From Anthoceros angustus (Eukaryota; Plantae; Anthocerotophyta): a stretch of 64,000 nucleotides of DNA. The translations under genes were made by a program, and so were the position numbers. The notes beneath the pieces were generated by a model. It was not told the DNA's origin. It made no database searches and saw only the letters and a list, made by a program, of their open reading frames with translations. How positions within the stretch are numbered: the first letter of the stretch is position 1; each line of letters starts with the position of its first letter. Location: assembly GCA_010909165.1 (NCBI GenBank), contig MU008185.1, positions 779,058-843,057 of the forward strand, read 5' to 3'. Below, in pieces: positions 39,150-52,350 of this stretch.

Positions 39150-39700
39150 AGGAGGCAAGTGTAGCTCTCTCACATTGAGATGAGGCTTGGAGGGTATTTA
39201 TACCTCCAATAGGCTCCCTAGGAAGCTCCACAAGAAGCTCCTAGGAAGGAGCACAAGAAGCTTCCTAGTGATTAGCTTAAGCTAAACTAATGATACTTAA
39301 TCGACACCTAACTTAGACTAAGTGTATTAGTCTAAGTACATTGGGCTTTAATACCCTTACAACCTCCCACTTAAAGGCCAATTTACCTTCGTGGAAGAAT
39401 GGACTATCTCATGCCCATCGTCCGAGCTTGTGCAAATTGTCTGTAGAGAGTCCCTTGGTAAGAATATCTGCGGTTCGGTGTGAACCTTGACAAGTTGTAC
39501 CCTCTTGTCGTCCAACACCTCTCGAATGAAGTGATACTTCACATCCACATGTTTAGTCTTCGCATGAAACATCGGATTCTTTGCCAATTGGATAGCACTG
39601 CTATCACAATGCAACACCGGCAGCTCAACCTTGATCCCCAAGTCTCCCACTAAACGAGCAAGCCATATGGCTTCCTTGCAAGCCTCGTGCAACATACTCT
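39150..39700 (-). mobile_element. Ty1/copia 3' fragment: RNase H, PPT and partial 3' LTR
   Basis: ACKEAIWLARL..LHCDS(Q)SAIQLAKNPMFHAKTKHVDVKYHFIRE; PPT aagtgggag followed by TGTAAGGG at 39361; LTR contains tataaataccc. Confidence 0.85.
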
Positions 39701-39784
39701 CTGGTAGATAGCGTAACGGTGTTTGTCGCGAGTAGTTAGACGTGAGTGTGCTGGGACAACGGACGTAAGTGAGACAAGAATCGC

Positions 39785-40067
39785 CNCTCGCTCTCTCACA
39801 GCTCGCTCACGCTCTGCTCTCTCACGCTCTCACAAGCTCCCTGCTCCTCGCTCTCGCTCAGCTCACAAGCTCCTCGCTCTCACAGGCTCACAGGCTCTCG
39901 CTCTCACTCAGGTTTCAGGCTCGACTCCTCTCACAGTTTCAGGCTCAGACTCTCTCTCACAGGCTCAAGGCTCAATTTTCAAGGCTCACGGCTCACACAA
40001 GCTCTCACAGTGCTCATAGGCTCTCACACGCTCAGGCTCGCACACACTCTTGCACACACACACAACT

Positions 40068-40095
<28 letters not shown>
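39785..40095. repeat. (CT)/(CA)-rich simple repeat containing an N
   Basis: gctctcacag-type units, a (CA)n run near 40055-40095, and an ambiguous base at 39786. Confidence 0.85.
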
Positions 40096-40098
<3 letters not shown>

Positions 40099-41571
40099 GC
40101 CATTCCCGGACAGACTCCCACAAACAAACATGGGGCCATTCCCCAGACACACACTCACAAACATTGGGGCCATTCCCCAGACACACACAAAGGGACATTC
40201 CCACAAAAAGCCGATGTCGTATCAATTTCTAAGAGTTTCTAAGGAGCAACTAAAAGCACCAAACTAGAATTCCTCGCTCCTTGATCTCTTCAAATTGGAC
40301 TTGATTGAAGCCTCATTTCCCTTCCTCTTCATGCTCTTCACCCTTGATGACTTGAGCTCTTTGGCGTAGTCCGGACCTAGCTTCACAGCGTTGAGCTTCA
40401 AGTTCTGTCGTCCGATTCGATGAGAGGCCATGAGATTGAAAAACTTTTCCCTGCATTTAGAGAGGATACCTCAACCTCTTCAAATTCTTCCACCTCTTCC
40501 ACGAGATGGAGTGGTTCAACTTCAACAAGTACTTCATCGGGCTTCGTTCCACGGTTGACCACACTTGGGAGGTTAAGGCTTCCCAGGGGCGGAGGCCACC
40601 GCTGCAAGAATCGAATATGTTACCAAGCGGTGTTACAACAAAGCAGACTTGAAAGATCTTCTATAAGAACTACGAGGAGAAAGATCCTCACTTAACCCGG
40701 CTTCAATCTAGGCACCAAATTGTCCAAAAAACCGTCATCATCGTCCGCTTGCGCTCAATGCGATATTACGGCTCCTATGGCAAATCAAAAAGTTAAAATA
40801 GGACAATCAAAACTTGCAAAGACATCAAATCAAAATCTTACCATCCAAATCATCATCTTTGTAACCAGCATCCTTGAGGTCCTGCCACAATTGTTTGGCA
40901 CCTATTCTCGGGGTTGGAGCCAAGCTCGGATGAGGAAGATTGGCGGCCGTCAATATGTTTCAAGTTTTATTATCCAATTTCCGGCCTTCTTGCCACAACC
41001 TCTCTCTTGCTCCGTGGGGCGTCTACCAAAGAGTTGGTAAAACCGATTTGTAAACTTCACAAACCCACCATTACCAAAGTGGGCATACGGGCATCCGAGT
41101 TCAACTTCCTCAACATTGCTATGCGCGTTTTGCGGACATCTCCATCCCGGCCTTGGCTTTTCATTCTCCACAATGCGATCCCTTTGGTTCGAGATATCAT
41201 GAGGCTTATACTTAGGTGGATGATTACCCTCAAGAAATTATCTTGCGCATCTTGCAAGATTGTTCTTCCAATTGCGCAACATGGTGTTGAACATTTGGTC
41301 ACAAACATGAGCCATGCTCCAAATCCCACCAACATCTCTTCGAATGGCTGCTTCCACAATTGCTTAGGTCTCTAGTTTCTCTCCCCATAAGTTGCCAATC
41401 AATGGATCCATGAAGTGCCGCATTACCCACCTCAATCGAAATTGGAGCACTTCATAATTGTATGAATCTTCTTTAATCTAACCTGGCACACATGAGAAGG
41501 AAAACATCAGAGTATGCTTGTACATGCCGTGTAGGCATGTATAGGCCACATGCCTGTACAGGCATGTGGCA

Positions 41572-44500
41572 TGTTGTTCGGTTTGAACCATGGTCAGAGT
41601 GCGCGAGGAAAGCAAAGCACGATCTAATTCAGAATAAACAGAGAATACAAATATTGGATAAGTGTTGGTCTTTTATACTAAACAACCCTTCACTATGCAA
41701 CCTTTGGATATATTACTCTAACTTATATAATCTAGCCCTAAGCGTAGTTGTTTATATGTTATAACTCTAACACCTCCCTTAAGCGCACGAGCTTAGGAGG
41801 CATCCAAAGGACAACACAAGGAGTGGGCAAGCGAGGTGTAGGCAATACGCCCAACAACTACAATCAAGTGTGCCCTGCGGGCGCCGGTGGATGGCACGAT
41901 ATCACTGCAATTTTATGCGCCGCTCATCCTGATCGTTTATGCTTGCAAATTCTCGGCCCGCTGATCACCATGGCTCCTGTGCCAAGGTGAAGAAGGGGGA
42001 AGAAGACTGCAAGGCGTGAGCGGAACAAGAAAGGAGAGGGAGGCAGAAGAAACACCGCCCCTCCGAGGGCTGAGTGGGATGAACTCCATGTCCTAGGCTC
42101 GAGCGCTTGGTGGGTGGAAGATTTCACTTGATGTTAAATCAGCCGGAGCAGCCCGTGAGAGTGGAGGAGAGGTGCGTTACGCCACAGCAGACGTGAGATA
42201 ACGCCTGCCTTGCTCAAGCCACTTCACGAAGCAGAAGCCGCCTGGTTGCTCAAAGAAAGGCGAGAGGGAGCGGTGATATTCCAAAGATCCAGCCGGGCTT
42301 AGAAAACGTGGAGCTTCATCCTCCCGCTCCGGAATTTGATGTTGTCGCGGCCGCTTAACATGCCGTTGCTTAACCCTCCTCGCTCCTAACTAGTCGGCAA
42401 AGGCGTAAGATGCTTTAACAACAACATCCGAGGACTTGGTCCTCACCCATAAGTCCCCTCACTTTGCTTTGAAATGGTCAGAATTAAAGCCAAGGCCTTC
42501 CATATGTTTTGATCTTGTCTTTGGGCAAGGCCTTTGTTAGGATGTCGGTTGTGTTATCATCTGTTGGCACATAGAGGATCTTGACAATTCCCTCTCATTT
42601 GCATCCCTAACATAGTGATGATGGATCTCGATGTGTTTTGTACGCGTGCATGGAAGCGGGGTTAGATACCAAGGCGATCGCAGATGGTTGTCACAAAGAG
42701 GTTAGTGGGACCATCCGTGTCTCTCCGATATCCTTCAAGAATGCACGCGCCATTCCACTTCTTCGTAGCATCCGTAAGAGACTTATATTCGGCCTCGGCC
42801 GGAGAGAGGGCTATCTCGGCTTCTTGCACTCCACTTGACATGCTGGGAGGATGAAAGCATACGTGAGAGGCTTTTGGAGTCGCTATCCTAAGCCCACCGG
42901 AACCCTTGAAGAGATAAGTGTCTCGCATCATTGCTCCTATAGCAAAGGCCTATATGATGAGTCCCTTCGTATCGAAATATTCTTTTCACCGTCCAGGCAC
43001 GCTGTGGTTTTCTAAGAATTGTGAAACAGTTACATGAGTGCTTGGATATCGTCTTGTCCGATTACTCAAAGATTAGGCTTCCAACAAGATGACAATATGG
43101 AATATCCCGCATGTCTTGTTGATCACCACTGTAGTATATTCATACCTTGTTAGCTTAGTGCCCACAAAGACCCTGTGGTAGCCGGATGTGCCCGGCCCAT
43201 GTTAAACTTGTGAATTTTGTTATGTACTTGTGTTGATGGATTATCAATAGTTCCTCCGAACGGACCCTCAACACTTGTATGCCAAGGCAAAATAGCAAAT
43301 CCCCACCGTCGGTCATTTCAAAATCTATCGTAACATGTCTTTCACTTGTGCAGGCGGTCATTACATGCGAGAATGACGCCGCCTCACGAGAGAGAGCAAG
43401 AATCACGAAGTTGCCCCTCTTTGTAGCACATAAACATTTGAGTCTGCCGACAATCGGCAAAAGCCAAGTCCTTCGATTTTGTCACCACAGCCAACGCTCG
43501 CACTTTGCTTCAAGCCATAAAGGCATTTTATTAGTAGGCACACATACTCCGGATGTGCATGATCAGCATAGCCTTCGTGCTGCTCCATTTACAGTTTTTC
43601 TTCCAGAGTGCCATGGAGAAAAGTGCGTATATCCATCCGCAGCTCAAGGTCGTACCAATCGCTAAGGCAAAGAGTAGTCGAAGAGATTGACAAACTCGCG
43701 CCGCGGATTTCCGTGTAATTCCTAGTCATTTTAAAACCGTGCTTAAGTAATGACAGCCTCCAACCGGATGGTGAGGGACCCGAATCGGGTTCCTCGTCAA
43801 TCCCGTGTGACTACTCTCACTTCTTTCCGCCCACCTCGAAAGTGCGTCCGCTGCTCACACCCGTACACGGGCGTCGCCTTGACTCGGCAACGGAGCTATG
43901 GATTATTGTCCGGCCGTGCGCCACATGGTATCCAGATGGACCAAACATGGCGTCCTTTCCTCGGGTGCTGGCATCGCATGGCGGTCAGGGGTTGCCACCT
44001 CGGTTCTATATAGTACATGCACCGTGAGCATGACTGCCGTATTCAACATGCGATTCCATCTTGTCAGGTGCCAGGTTGTCTGGTTTGAATTAAGGGTTTT
44101 GCCCTCTTGAGCTTGCTTCAGCAGAAACCTAAATTAGGACCAAAAATTTTTATATAATATTCAGTCAATACATTTTACCGACCATGCAAAGCAGTAGTGC
44201 GCGATTAGGATTGTACAATTAACCGGTCCATTATCCGGAAAGTCTCATCATGGAAGGTTGTCCTATACCATCCGAGTTCCCCCGACATAAAGATACTCTA
44301 AATTGCCCTCACCATCCGGACATTGCCACCACTTGCCCAATGGACCGTGTGGCGCCGATGGGGAGCACCCGCGATAGTGGAACACTTCACACACACATGC
44401 ATGGACCATGGCGTACATCAGCCATCCGCTCAATCACCGCTCCTCTGGTCTTGGCTTTGCCTTTTCGAACTCCTACCACACCTTCTGGACTCCTCCATCT

Positions 44501-44940
44501 TTCCTTTTCTTCCGTGGCCAAGATCCGCGCTCAAGCTGCCTGCCCCACCCGCCATCAAGTACCTCCTCCCTCACCCTCCCAGAGCTCTCGGGTAAGCCTC
44601 GGGTTAGTGAGTGGTGTGGTATTCTGTGACACCGCCCACGAGTTAAGTCCGCTTCTTTCTTCCTACAAACCTCCTGCGACATCCCGCTTGGTGGTACCTC
44701 GTGACCAACAAGACCATTGCCGCCGCCACCCACCGTTGGCCTTGTACTCGATAAACATGACCATTCAATGTGAAAAGTTAATTTGTCTAGTCCATTGCCC
44801 GATTGGCGCAAGTGTTGTACCATTACACCGCTCGAGATCACGATGTAGACAATCGACACGGATGGGCGGATCTTCCGGTGCGGCGCCATCCGCTGCGGTG
44901 CACCTCCGCAGTCGGGCTCCTTCCTCCTACACAATAGTCC
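41572..44940 (-). mobile_element. Degenerate Ty1/copia element with a 201-bp 3' LTR; 5' LTR not seen
   Basis: LTR 41572-41772 (minus strand TGTTAG..AACAACA) follows PPT aagggagg. Internal remnants: IALSPAEAEYKSLTDATK (RNase H), CLLIKCLYGLKQSA, GFCRLSADSNVY, FCLGIQV (RT). The upstream limit is approximate. Confidence 0.8.
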
Positions 44941-44952
44941 CGGAGCAATAAG

Positions 44953-47900
44953 CGATGAAATAGGTCACTATTAGGGCACTCTTCACTAGGGCACCTAGGA
45001 CTTAATAATTATTTATTTGGATAGGGCTCTAGTAGTTTAGTAGTTTTTCTTAGTTATTTATTGGTTATTTGTTACAACCACTATTGGTTATAACCACTTG
45101 CCTTCTATATAAGGCATGTACTTTCTATCAAATGTAATGCAACACATATTGCTAGAGCTTGTGTATGATTCTCATCATGGTATCGAGCACACTTGCTCTT
45201 TGTTTGCTTGCATCCTCATGCATCTAAGTAGCTTATCTAGGAGACACTTTCTAATCTAGCATTTGCCTAGATGGATTGTGTTTATCCTAGAATTGCTATC
45301 TTTGCATGCATTCTTTTCTTAACATTTCTCTTCTAACAATGCTTTTATGCACTAATTCTTTGTTCTTCCTCCATGGATTTGTGTTCCTTAGAAGGAGAAG
45401 GCATAGAGTTAAGAAGAGAAGTAGTCCGCAAGACAACAAGAACAAATTAGGAGCCCAACACATAGAAGCAATAGAAGACAACAAGCTATAGAGGAGAGAT
45501 AGAAACCTCCTCTTGTATAGCAAACTTCATTGCATCTATTTTAATTTCTAAACCGGATCAAGGGAAGTTTATCAAGCTAGCTAGTGATTTGCTAGAAGTT
45601 TTAGTCCAATTCACGTCAAGGCATTAGAATTAGCTCTCCAACATATCCCAAATTTGAATCGGTATTAGTACTCCTTTATCTTCTAGTCAAGACAAAATAG
45701 CATAGAAACTCTTAGATTTCAAGAAATTGATAGTCAATTAGCAACTCTTAGAATCCAATCCTTTTGATCTTAAGGAGAATTATCTGAATTAAGGACAAAA
45801 TTGTCTATTCTCTCTAAGGTTGATAATGCGCGAGATTTGAGAGCATGCTATCATCATCCGAATCGACTATGATGCAAGAGAAGAGTTTCGCGTGCAATAG
45901 AGAAGATGAGGCCTAGTCCTCTAAATCACCTACAATGGCTGGAGTGATCAATAATGAAGAACAAACTGTTCCTAATTCCCCATTGGGTAATGATAATGCT
46001 AACACTTCATTGCATTATCATTATGGTGGTGATTCAAAGAGAAAGATAGATTCAATGGAAGGGATTATGACATCTCATTGAGAATGCGAGGAGCTTTGCG
46101 GCAAAGAGACCTTTGGGGCATCGTCGATGGATCAATTCCAAGGCCACGGATTTGAGCGTGAACTTCAACCTTCACGGGGCCTTGAGGCGAGGCACAAGAT
46201 TTATTGGTCGTGGACTTTCTCAACATATGGTGAGACATGTCGCACGCAAAGACCTCCAAGGATATGTGGACTCACCTTGCTCAATTATATTCATCTCGAG
46301 ATGTAATGAGTATTGTTGCGACTTCACGTAACTTCCAACCTCTCAATGAAGGAGTCCGACACCATCGAACATCATGTTAATGCATTTCGATTGGCGATCC
46401 CATTTGGAATCTTCAATGGCGTACCTATCTCGGGAGATGGAGGCTTACGTCATTCTCTTATCTTCATTGCCACCTTCTTATAGGGCTTTCATTACAACTC
46501 AAAATGCGATGGCAATGTCGAAAAGATGATGAAGATCCAAATGAAGAGACATCGTGTTTCGAACTTATTGGAGCATTGCTACGAGGAGGAGGCAAGTCAT
46601 CATCACTCCGAGCCAACAAGCGGTGATGTATTCACAAAGGGGTAGAGGAAGAGGGGGAGGCCGAGGTTCTACTTTCCAGCGACCCCATATCACATACTTT
46701 CCATGATGGAGGCATCTTCTTCAACACGCAAGAGGTAACAAGAAGGCGGGATTATATGTAATTGGTGCGAGAATCCCAAATCACATGGAAAAGGATTGTC
46801 GTAAGAAGAAGAATGGGAACCTCGCAAGGAGGCCCCACAGAGCTAACATTGCGTGAAGAAACAATCTTCCTCAACTCCAGCGGTGCTCCTTGTGTGCTTG
46901 GCTTCTTCCAAGCCCTCCAATACCTCATGGTACTTAGACGGTGGAGCTACTTCACATATTTGTTACAAGAAACTCTTTTGAGTCTTACTCACACCACGGA
47001 CATCGATCATCCTCACAGGAGATGATCACAACCTACCCATTGCGGGTGTCGGTTCGATTGTATTCAAGTGTGATTCGGTCGTTCTTCATCTTCATCACGT
47101 CCTCCATGTTCCTTCAATGTGCAAGAATCTAGTATCCAAGTCTTTGTCAAGAACACACTCTGCGGTGATCCTTTATGGATAGTTGTCTTCTCTCTTTCAT
47201 AAGTGATAGAAACTATACAATCAGCAGGCACTTTAGATGATGGTCTCTATAGATTGTCAGTACAAGTGGGAGCCACCCATTCTGCTAATGTTGCCATTCC
47301 AAACTCAGCGACACCTACCCAAACCATGCTTTGGCATTGTCGCCTTGGTCATCCTAATAGTCAAAAGTTAATCCAAATGTCTAAGGGAGCTTTATATAGA
47401 ACCCTTGCCTTGCAAAGGTTGAACACCTACCTTGGTGCGAATCTTGTGTCCTCACTAAAGCGACATCAAGAGCCTTTCAAAATAAATCTCCACAAAGGGC
47501 CAAGTCACCTTTAGAGATAGTGCACCAGACATTTGTGGACCCTTGTCTACACCCTCCTTTAGTGGTAGTAGATATTTTTGACCTTCACGGATGATTTCTC
47601 TCGTTTTGTCTTTTCCTACATCCCGAAAAACAAGAGTGATGCCTTTCACTTCTTCAAGGACTACATGAAATGGGTGAGAGACTTACATCACAAACTCAAG
47701 ACCTTACGTTCCGACAATGGTGAGAGTTTACATCTCTTTGAGGATTTTGTCGAGGTATAGCTCAACAACTTCTGATTGTCTACACTCCTCAACAAAATGG
47801 CGTGGCGAACAAGAATCTACGCCTTGAGATCACGGTTGCTTATTGGTACAAGCTAAGTTATCTAAGGCTTATTGGGCGAGGCCCTCCTCACAGCAACCTA

Positions 47901-50900
47901 TCTCATGAATCGATTGCCTACATCAGCTGTTCAAGGTATGACTCCATATGAAGCATTCATTGGCAAGAAGCCTTCTATTGACCACCTTGAATTTTTGGAT
48001 CCCGCATATGTTTTTATTCCCAAAGCATTGCGTAAGAAGTTGGATCCCAAAGCATTAAGTACACTTTCATTGGCTACCAAGGTATCAAAGGGTACAAATT
48101 GTTCAACCCTTCTACAAGGCAACTTTTATCGGGTGTTACTTTTCATGAGTCTTACCTCTTTTCCCCAGTGGGAGGCTTGGTCCTCCTCTTGATGAGACCA
48201 TTGACCCTTCTTATTTTGATGATCGATTATTTCCTCCATTTCCCATTCCCTTCTCGTGTTCCTTTAGTTGAACCTATTATGCAGGAGGAGGAGGAGTTAG
48301 CATCTATTCCACAACTGGTACAACTCAACGACGATGTTGACATCCAGAGGCGCTTGACACTCATGATGATGAGTTTGATGACCCTCCGGAGGATGACATT
48401 GTGGAGCCAGCAGATCACTCGTTGATCCGCTCCATGGATGATGCACACAAAGGTACAACCTTAGATCCCGACCTACTATCTCAGTCCTGCAGTTGGAAGG
48501 AACCTCCTTTAGGATACCTAGCTGTTTTGATGATCCTATACCCCTATATCACTTTATTCTCAAGCTACAAGGCAACTATAGACCCGGAAGAACCTCTTAC
48601 CTTAAAACAAGCTTTCTCTTCTCCGAAAAAGACTTATGGAAGGTAGTAGATTACGAATATAATTCCCTAGTTAATAACTCTACATGGAATTGGTCAAACC
48701 ACCTAGGGGTAGGAAGATAGTAACCAGCAAATGGGTATTCAAAATTAAAAGAAAAGGAGATGGTTCTATAGAAAGGTATAAGGCACGTCTAGTAGCGGAG
48801 GTTTTACAAATTCTGGTCTAGATTACATACCTTGGGCCACTTATGCCCCGATAAATTTGCCACACTTGAATGATATTTGCCTTATGTGCCCAACATGATC
48901 TTGAACTCCACATGATGGATGTTAAGAAGATATTTGTATGGGCGCGCAAGAGGAAATATACATGAGACAACCCGAGGGTTCTGAAGTCAAAGGCAAAGAA
49001 GATTGGGTATGCCGACTCATCAAAGGTTTGTATGGCCTTAAGCGATCGGGCAATTGGAACTAACCATACATGTACAACTTATTGGGAGGATTTAAGCAAA
49101 GCCGGTGATGCTTGTATGTACATCCTAATATCGCAATGATATATTTTATCTTCTACTTTATGTTGATGATGTTTTTATGGCAACAAACTCCTCACTCTCC
49201 TAGCGAAACTAAAGCATGGCTTAGGACTCTATTTGAGATGTCCGATCTAGGAGAAATGACATATGCACTTGGTTAATATTATACGAAATAGAGGTAATAA
49301 GACTCTAAGTATAGTTCAAACCAAGTATATTAAGGAGAGTTTAGCTAAATTTGGACTTGAGGATGCAAAGCACACCCACACCTTTTGCAAGTGGTGTTAG
49401 GCTTACCTCGAGATATGAGTCCCAAAAGCAGTGAAGAAAAGCTAGAAATGTCGGAGTTCCATACATCTTTGTTGGCACTCTAATATATTTATGCAATTTT
49501 ACGAGACGGATATATCTTTTGAAGTCGTTCACAATTCTTGGAGAACCACAGCGTGAGCCTTTGGATGTCTGAGCGTATATTCGAGATACCTTAAAGGCAC
49601 TATGTACACAGATCGATGTTCAAGCATACACCAGCTATCAACACATTAACTCTAACGGCATATCGATGCCGACTATCTTTGACCACACCATCATGTCGGT
49701 ATGTATTACTCTTAGGAGGAGCACCAATATCCTGGTCAAGTAAGAAACAACCTACTATAGCTTTGTCAAGTACTGAATCTGAGTACAGGGTACTAACCTC
49801 AGTTTCTAAAGACATAGTGTGGTCCAGGTTAGTTTTGAGTGAACTTCACCATCCTCAACTTAAGCCTACATCTTTGTTTAGTGATAGCCAGGGTGCCATT
49901 GCACTTGCACGAAATCCTGTTTTTCATTCTAGAACTAAACATATAGCTGTTGAGTATCACTACATAAGGGAAAAGTTAGAAGATCAAACCATAAATATTA
50001 GTTATGTTCAAACTTTAGACAATGCTGCTGATTTATTAACAAAGTCATTGGGAATTGAGTTACATAGGAAACACATGAAATGTTTAGGTATAATGGACAC
50101 ACAGTCCAAACCTTTAACCTAATACTCACCTAGCGCCTTAGGGCCGATTTAAGATAACCTTAAAATCTTAGCCCAAAAATTATTGTCTTACTATTTTAAC
50201 ATTTTTCTTCTTCTATCTCAAAATAGCTTAGGTCATCCCCTTCCTCTTCATAGACGGCCAACATAGAACCTGGAATATTTATATTAAAAATAAAAATAAT
50301 ATTTAAGCAGTATTTATGTGATTAAAACAATAAATTCCCTTAGCACCAAAGGCACCTACGGAAAATATGTTTGATATGTCCTGGAAATTCCTCACATGGG
50401 AGACTTGCTATTTTTATCATGTGGATGGTAGTTTCCTCACATATATAGGAGTCCGGACATCTCCTTTTCACTTAAACCTAAGGTGAGTATGTATACTTTA
50501 TTTTCCTGGTCACCTTTTGGTAGAATTCCGACTTATAATAGCCCATGTTTTTGTCTTTAATACACTTAGGAAACAAAATGTGTTTACGCATCAATGCAGA
50601 AAATTTATGCTAGGTTATTATGATCCTAAAACTCATATAGAAATTAGGATGCTTAAATCTTGGATAACCCTTATTTAATATATTGCACCTTTCTTTTCAT
50701 TCCTTGTCATATCCTCCCCATGCCGTCTCCACCCATCGCACGCAAGCGTCGCCACACAAGTGTCTCTTATCCATCAAGCTAGCATCCTTGTAATCCACTT
50801 GTGTCATAGCTTCTTCTTAGAAGCATAAGATGGGCAAATCTTTCCTACAAACACTTTTGGCGTGGGCATCATTCATTGAGAGGGAGGAGGGGACGTCCTC

Positions 50901-51935
50901 ATCACCTAGGCTGCTTCCTCCCCTTTGGTGAGCACATCCAGAATTGCTTCACAAATGAAGACATGGCAGGGAAATGGCGAAAATGAACAATCTTACACCG
51001 GCTTTCCCTCTTACTGAGCGTCCCTGTAGGATCCTTAGGCATCTTTGCTTCATCCTCCGAGGATGAGGTCGGATCAATGACAAATGGAGATTTCTTTTGA
51101 AAGGTGCGGGGAAGGCGAGTGGAGGCGAGACTCTTCATCACCAGGACACGACATGCATCGGCGGTAGGGGGCCCTCTGTCCTTTTGTTTGGGCGCCCAGC
51201 GCCCTGGCGTCCTGCCCGGGACGCCAGTGGGCGCGGAAGGGCGCGCCTACGGCGCGCGGAGAGAGGGGCTGGGGGCGCGATGGCGCCCGTGGCGCCTCCT
51301 CCCGTGGGCGGATTGGGCGCGCTTGCTGCGGTAGCCACTCATCGCCATCACCGCATCATGTACCAACCAGTTGTATCGCGGGATCGCGTGGAGGAAGAAG
51401 GATTATCCATTATCCTTTTGATTTTCCTTTTCGGAAATTAGGTATTTTCTGGATTTTCCTCTATATATAAATCCGCTTAAATACTTTTAATTAGTTTTAA
51501 TTCCACCTATTCTTGAAGTTGGGTTATTAGTTTCTCATCTCGTTCTCCTTAAGTGGGAGTTATTTTAATAGTGATTATTACTTTCAGTTTTTACTTTAAG
51601 TTTTACTTAATGCTTTTAAGTAAAGTTTAGTTAGGGACTAGTTTTTGCTAGACTAGTTTTCCTTGACCCTTTTTTGGTCAGAAAATCACCCCTAGTTCAT
51701 AGTGAGTGGGAGTGATAAAATAGCTTACTATTAGGGCACTCTTCACTAGGGCACCTAGGACTTAATAATTAATTTAGTCCTTAGGGCACTAAGTAGTTTC
51801 TTCTAGTAGTTATTTAATTGGTTAGTTGTTACAACCACTTAACGGTTACAACAACCTTGCCTACATAAAGGCATGTACTTTCTATTATGAATCAATGCAA
51901 CACATATTGCTTGAGCTTGTGTATGATTCTCATCA
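44953..51935 (+). mobile_element. Near full-length degenerate Ty1/copia element with both LTRs
   Basis: 5' LTR 44953-45177, then PBS tggtatcgagc (tRNA-iMet type). Zinc-knuckle remnant, DGGATSH protease, LWHCRLGHP, FTDDFSRF/LRSDNG integrase, KWVFKIK..RYKARLVA and LYVDD RT, SWSSKKQPTIALSSTESEY..NPVFHSRTKHI RNase H (ends 50122). PPT gagtgggag, then 3' LTR 51713-51935. No TSD. Confidence 0.92.
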
Positions 51936-51939
51936 ACAT

Positions 51940-52350
51940 ATCCCACAGGCTCACCTCACTCCAATCCCTTCCTTGTTCAATCCCTTGTTCTAGCCTTTAT
52001 AAATCCCTTGTTCTAGCGTGAGCCTCACTCCAGTCCTTTGTTCAATCCCTTGTTCTAGCGTTTATAAATCCTTTGTTCTAGCTTTGAGCCTCACTCAGTC
52101 CTTTGATCAATCCCTTGTTCTAGCCCTTACATATCCCAGGCTCACCTCACTCCAATCCCTTGTTCTAGTCTAAGCCTCACTCCAATCTCTTGTTCTAGCC
52201 TTTATATATCCCGTAGGCTCACCTCAACTAAGCCATTGCCCCGTCAGAGAATTCTTGCAAACTACTAACCACTAAGAGTCCTCTCTAGGACTAAGCCGTT
52301 GTCCACTCAAAAAATTCTTGCAAACCACTAACCACTAAGAGTCCTCTCTA
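51940..52350. repeat. Short-unit tandem repeats
   Basis: Many copies of aatcccttgttctagc / gcctcactcca, then actactaaccactaagagtcctctctagg twice. Confidence 0.85.

Noticed and set aside
40640-41450. Degenerate minus-strand coding-like stretch (FTNRFYQLFGRRP)
   Set aside because: Could be a Myb/SANT-like or gag remnant, but no diagnostic motif.
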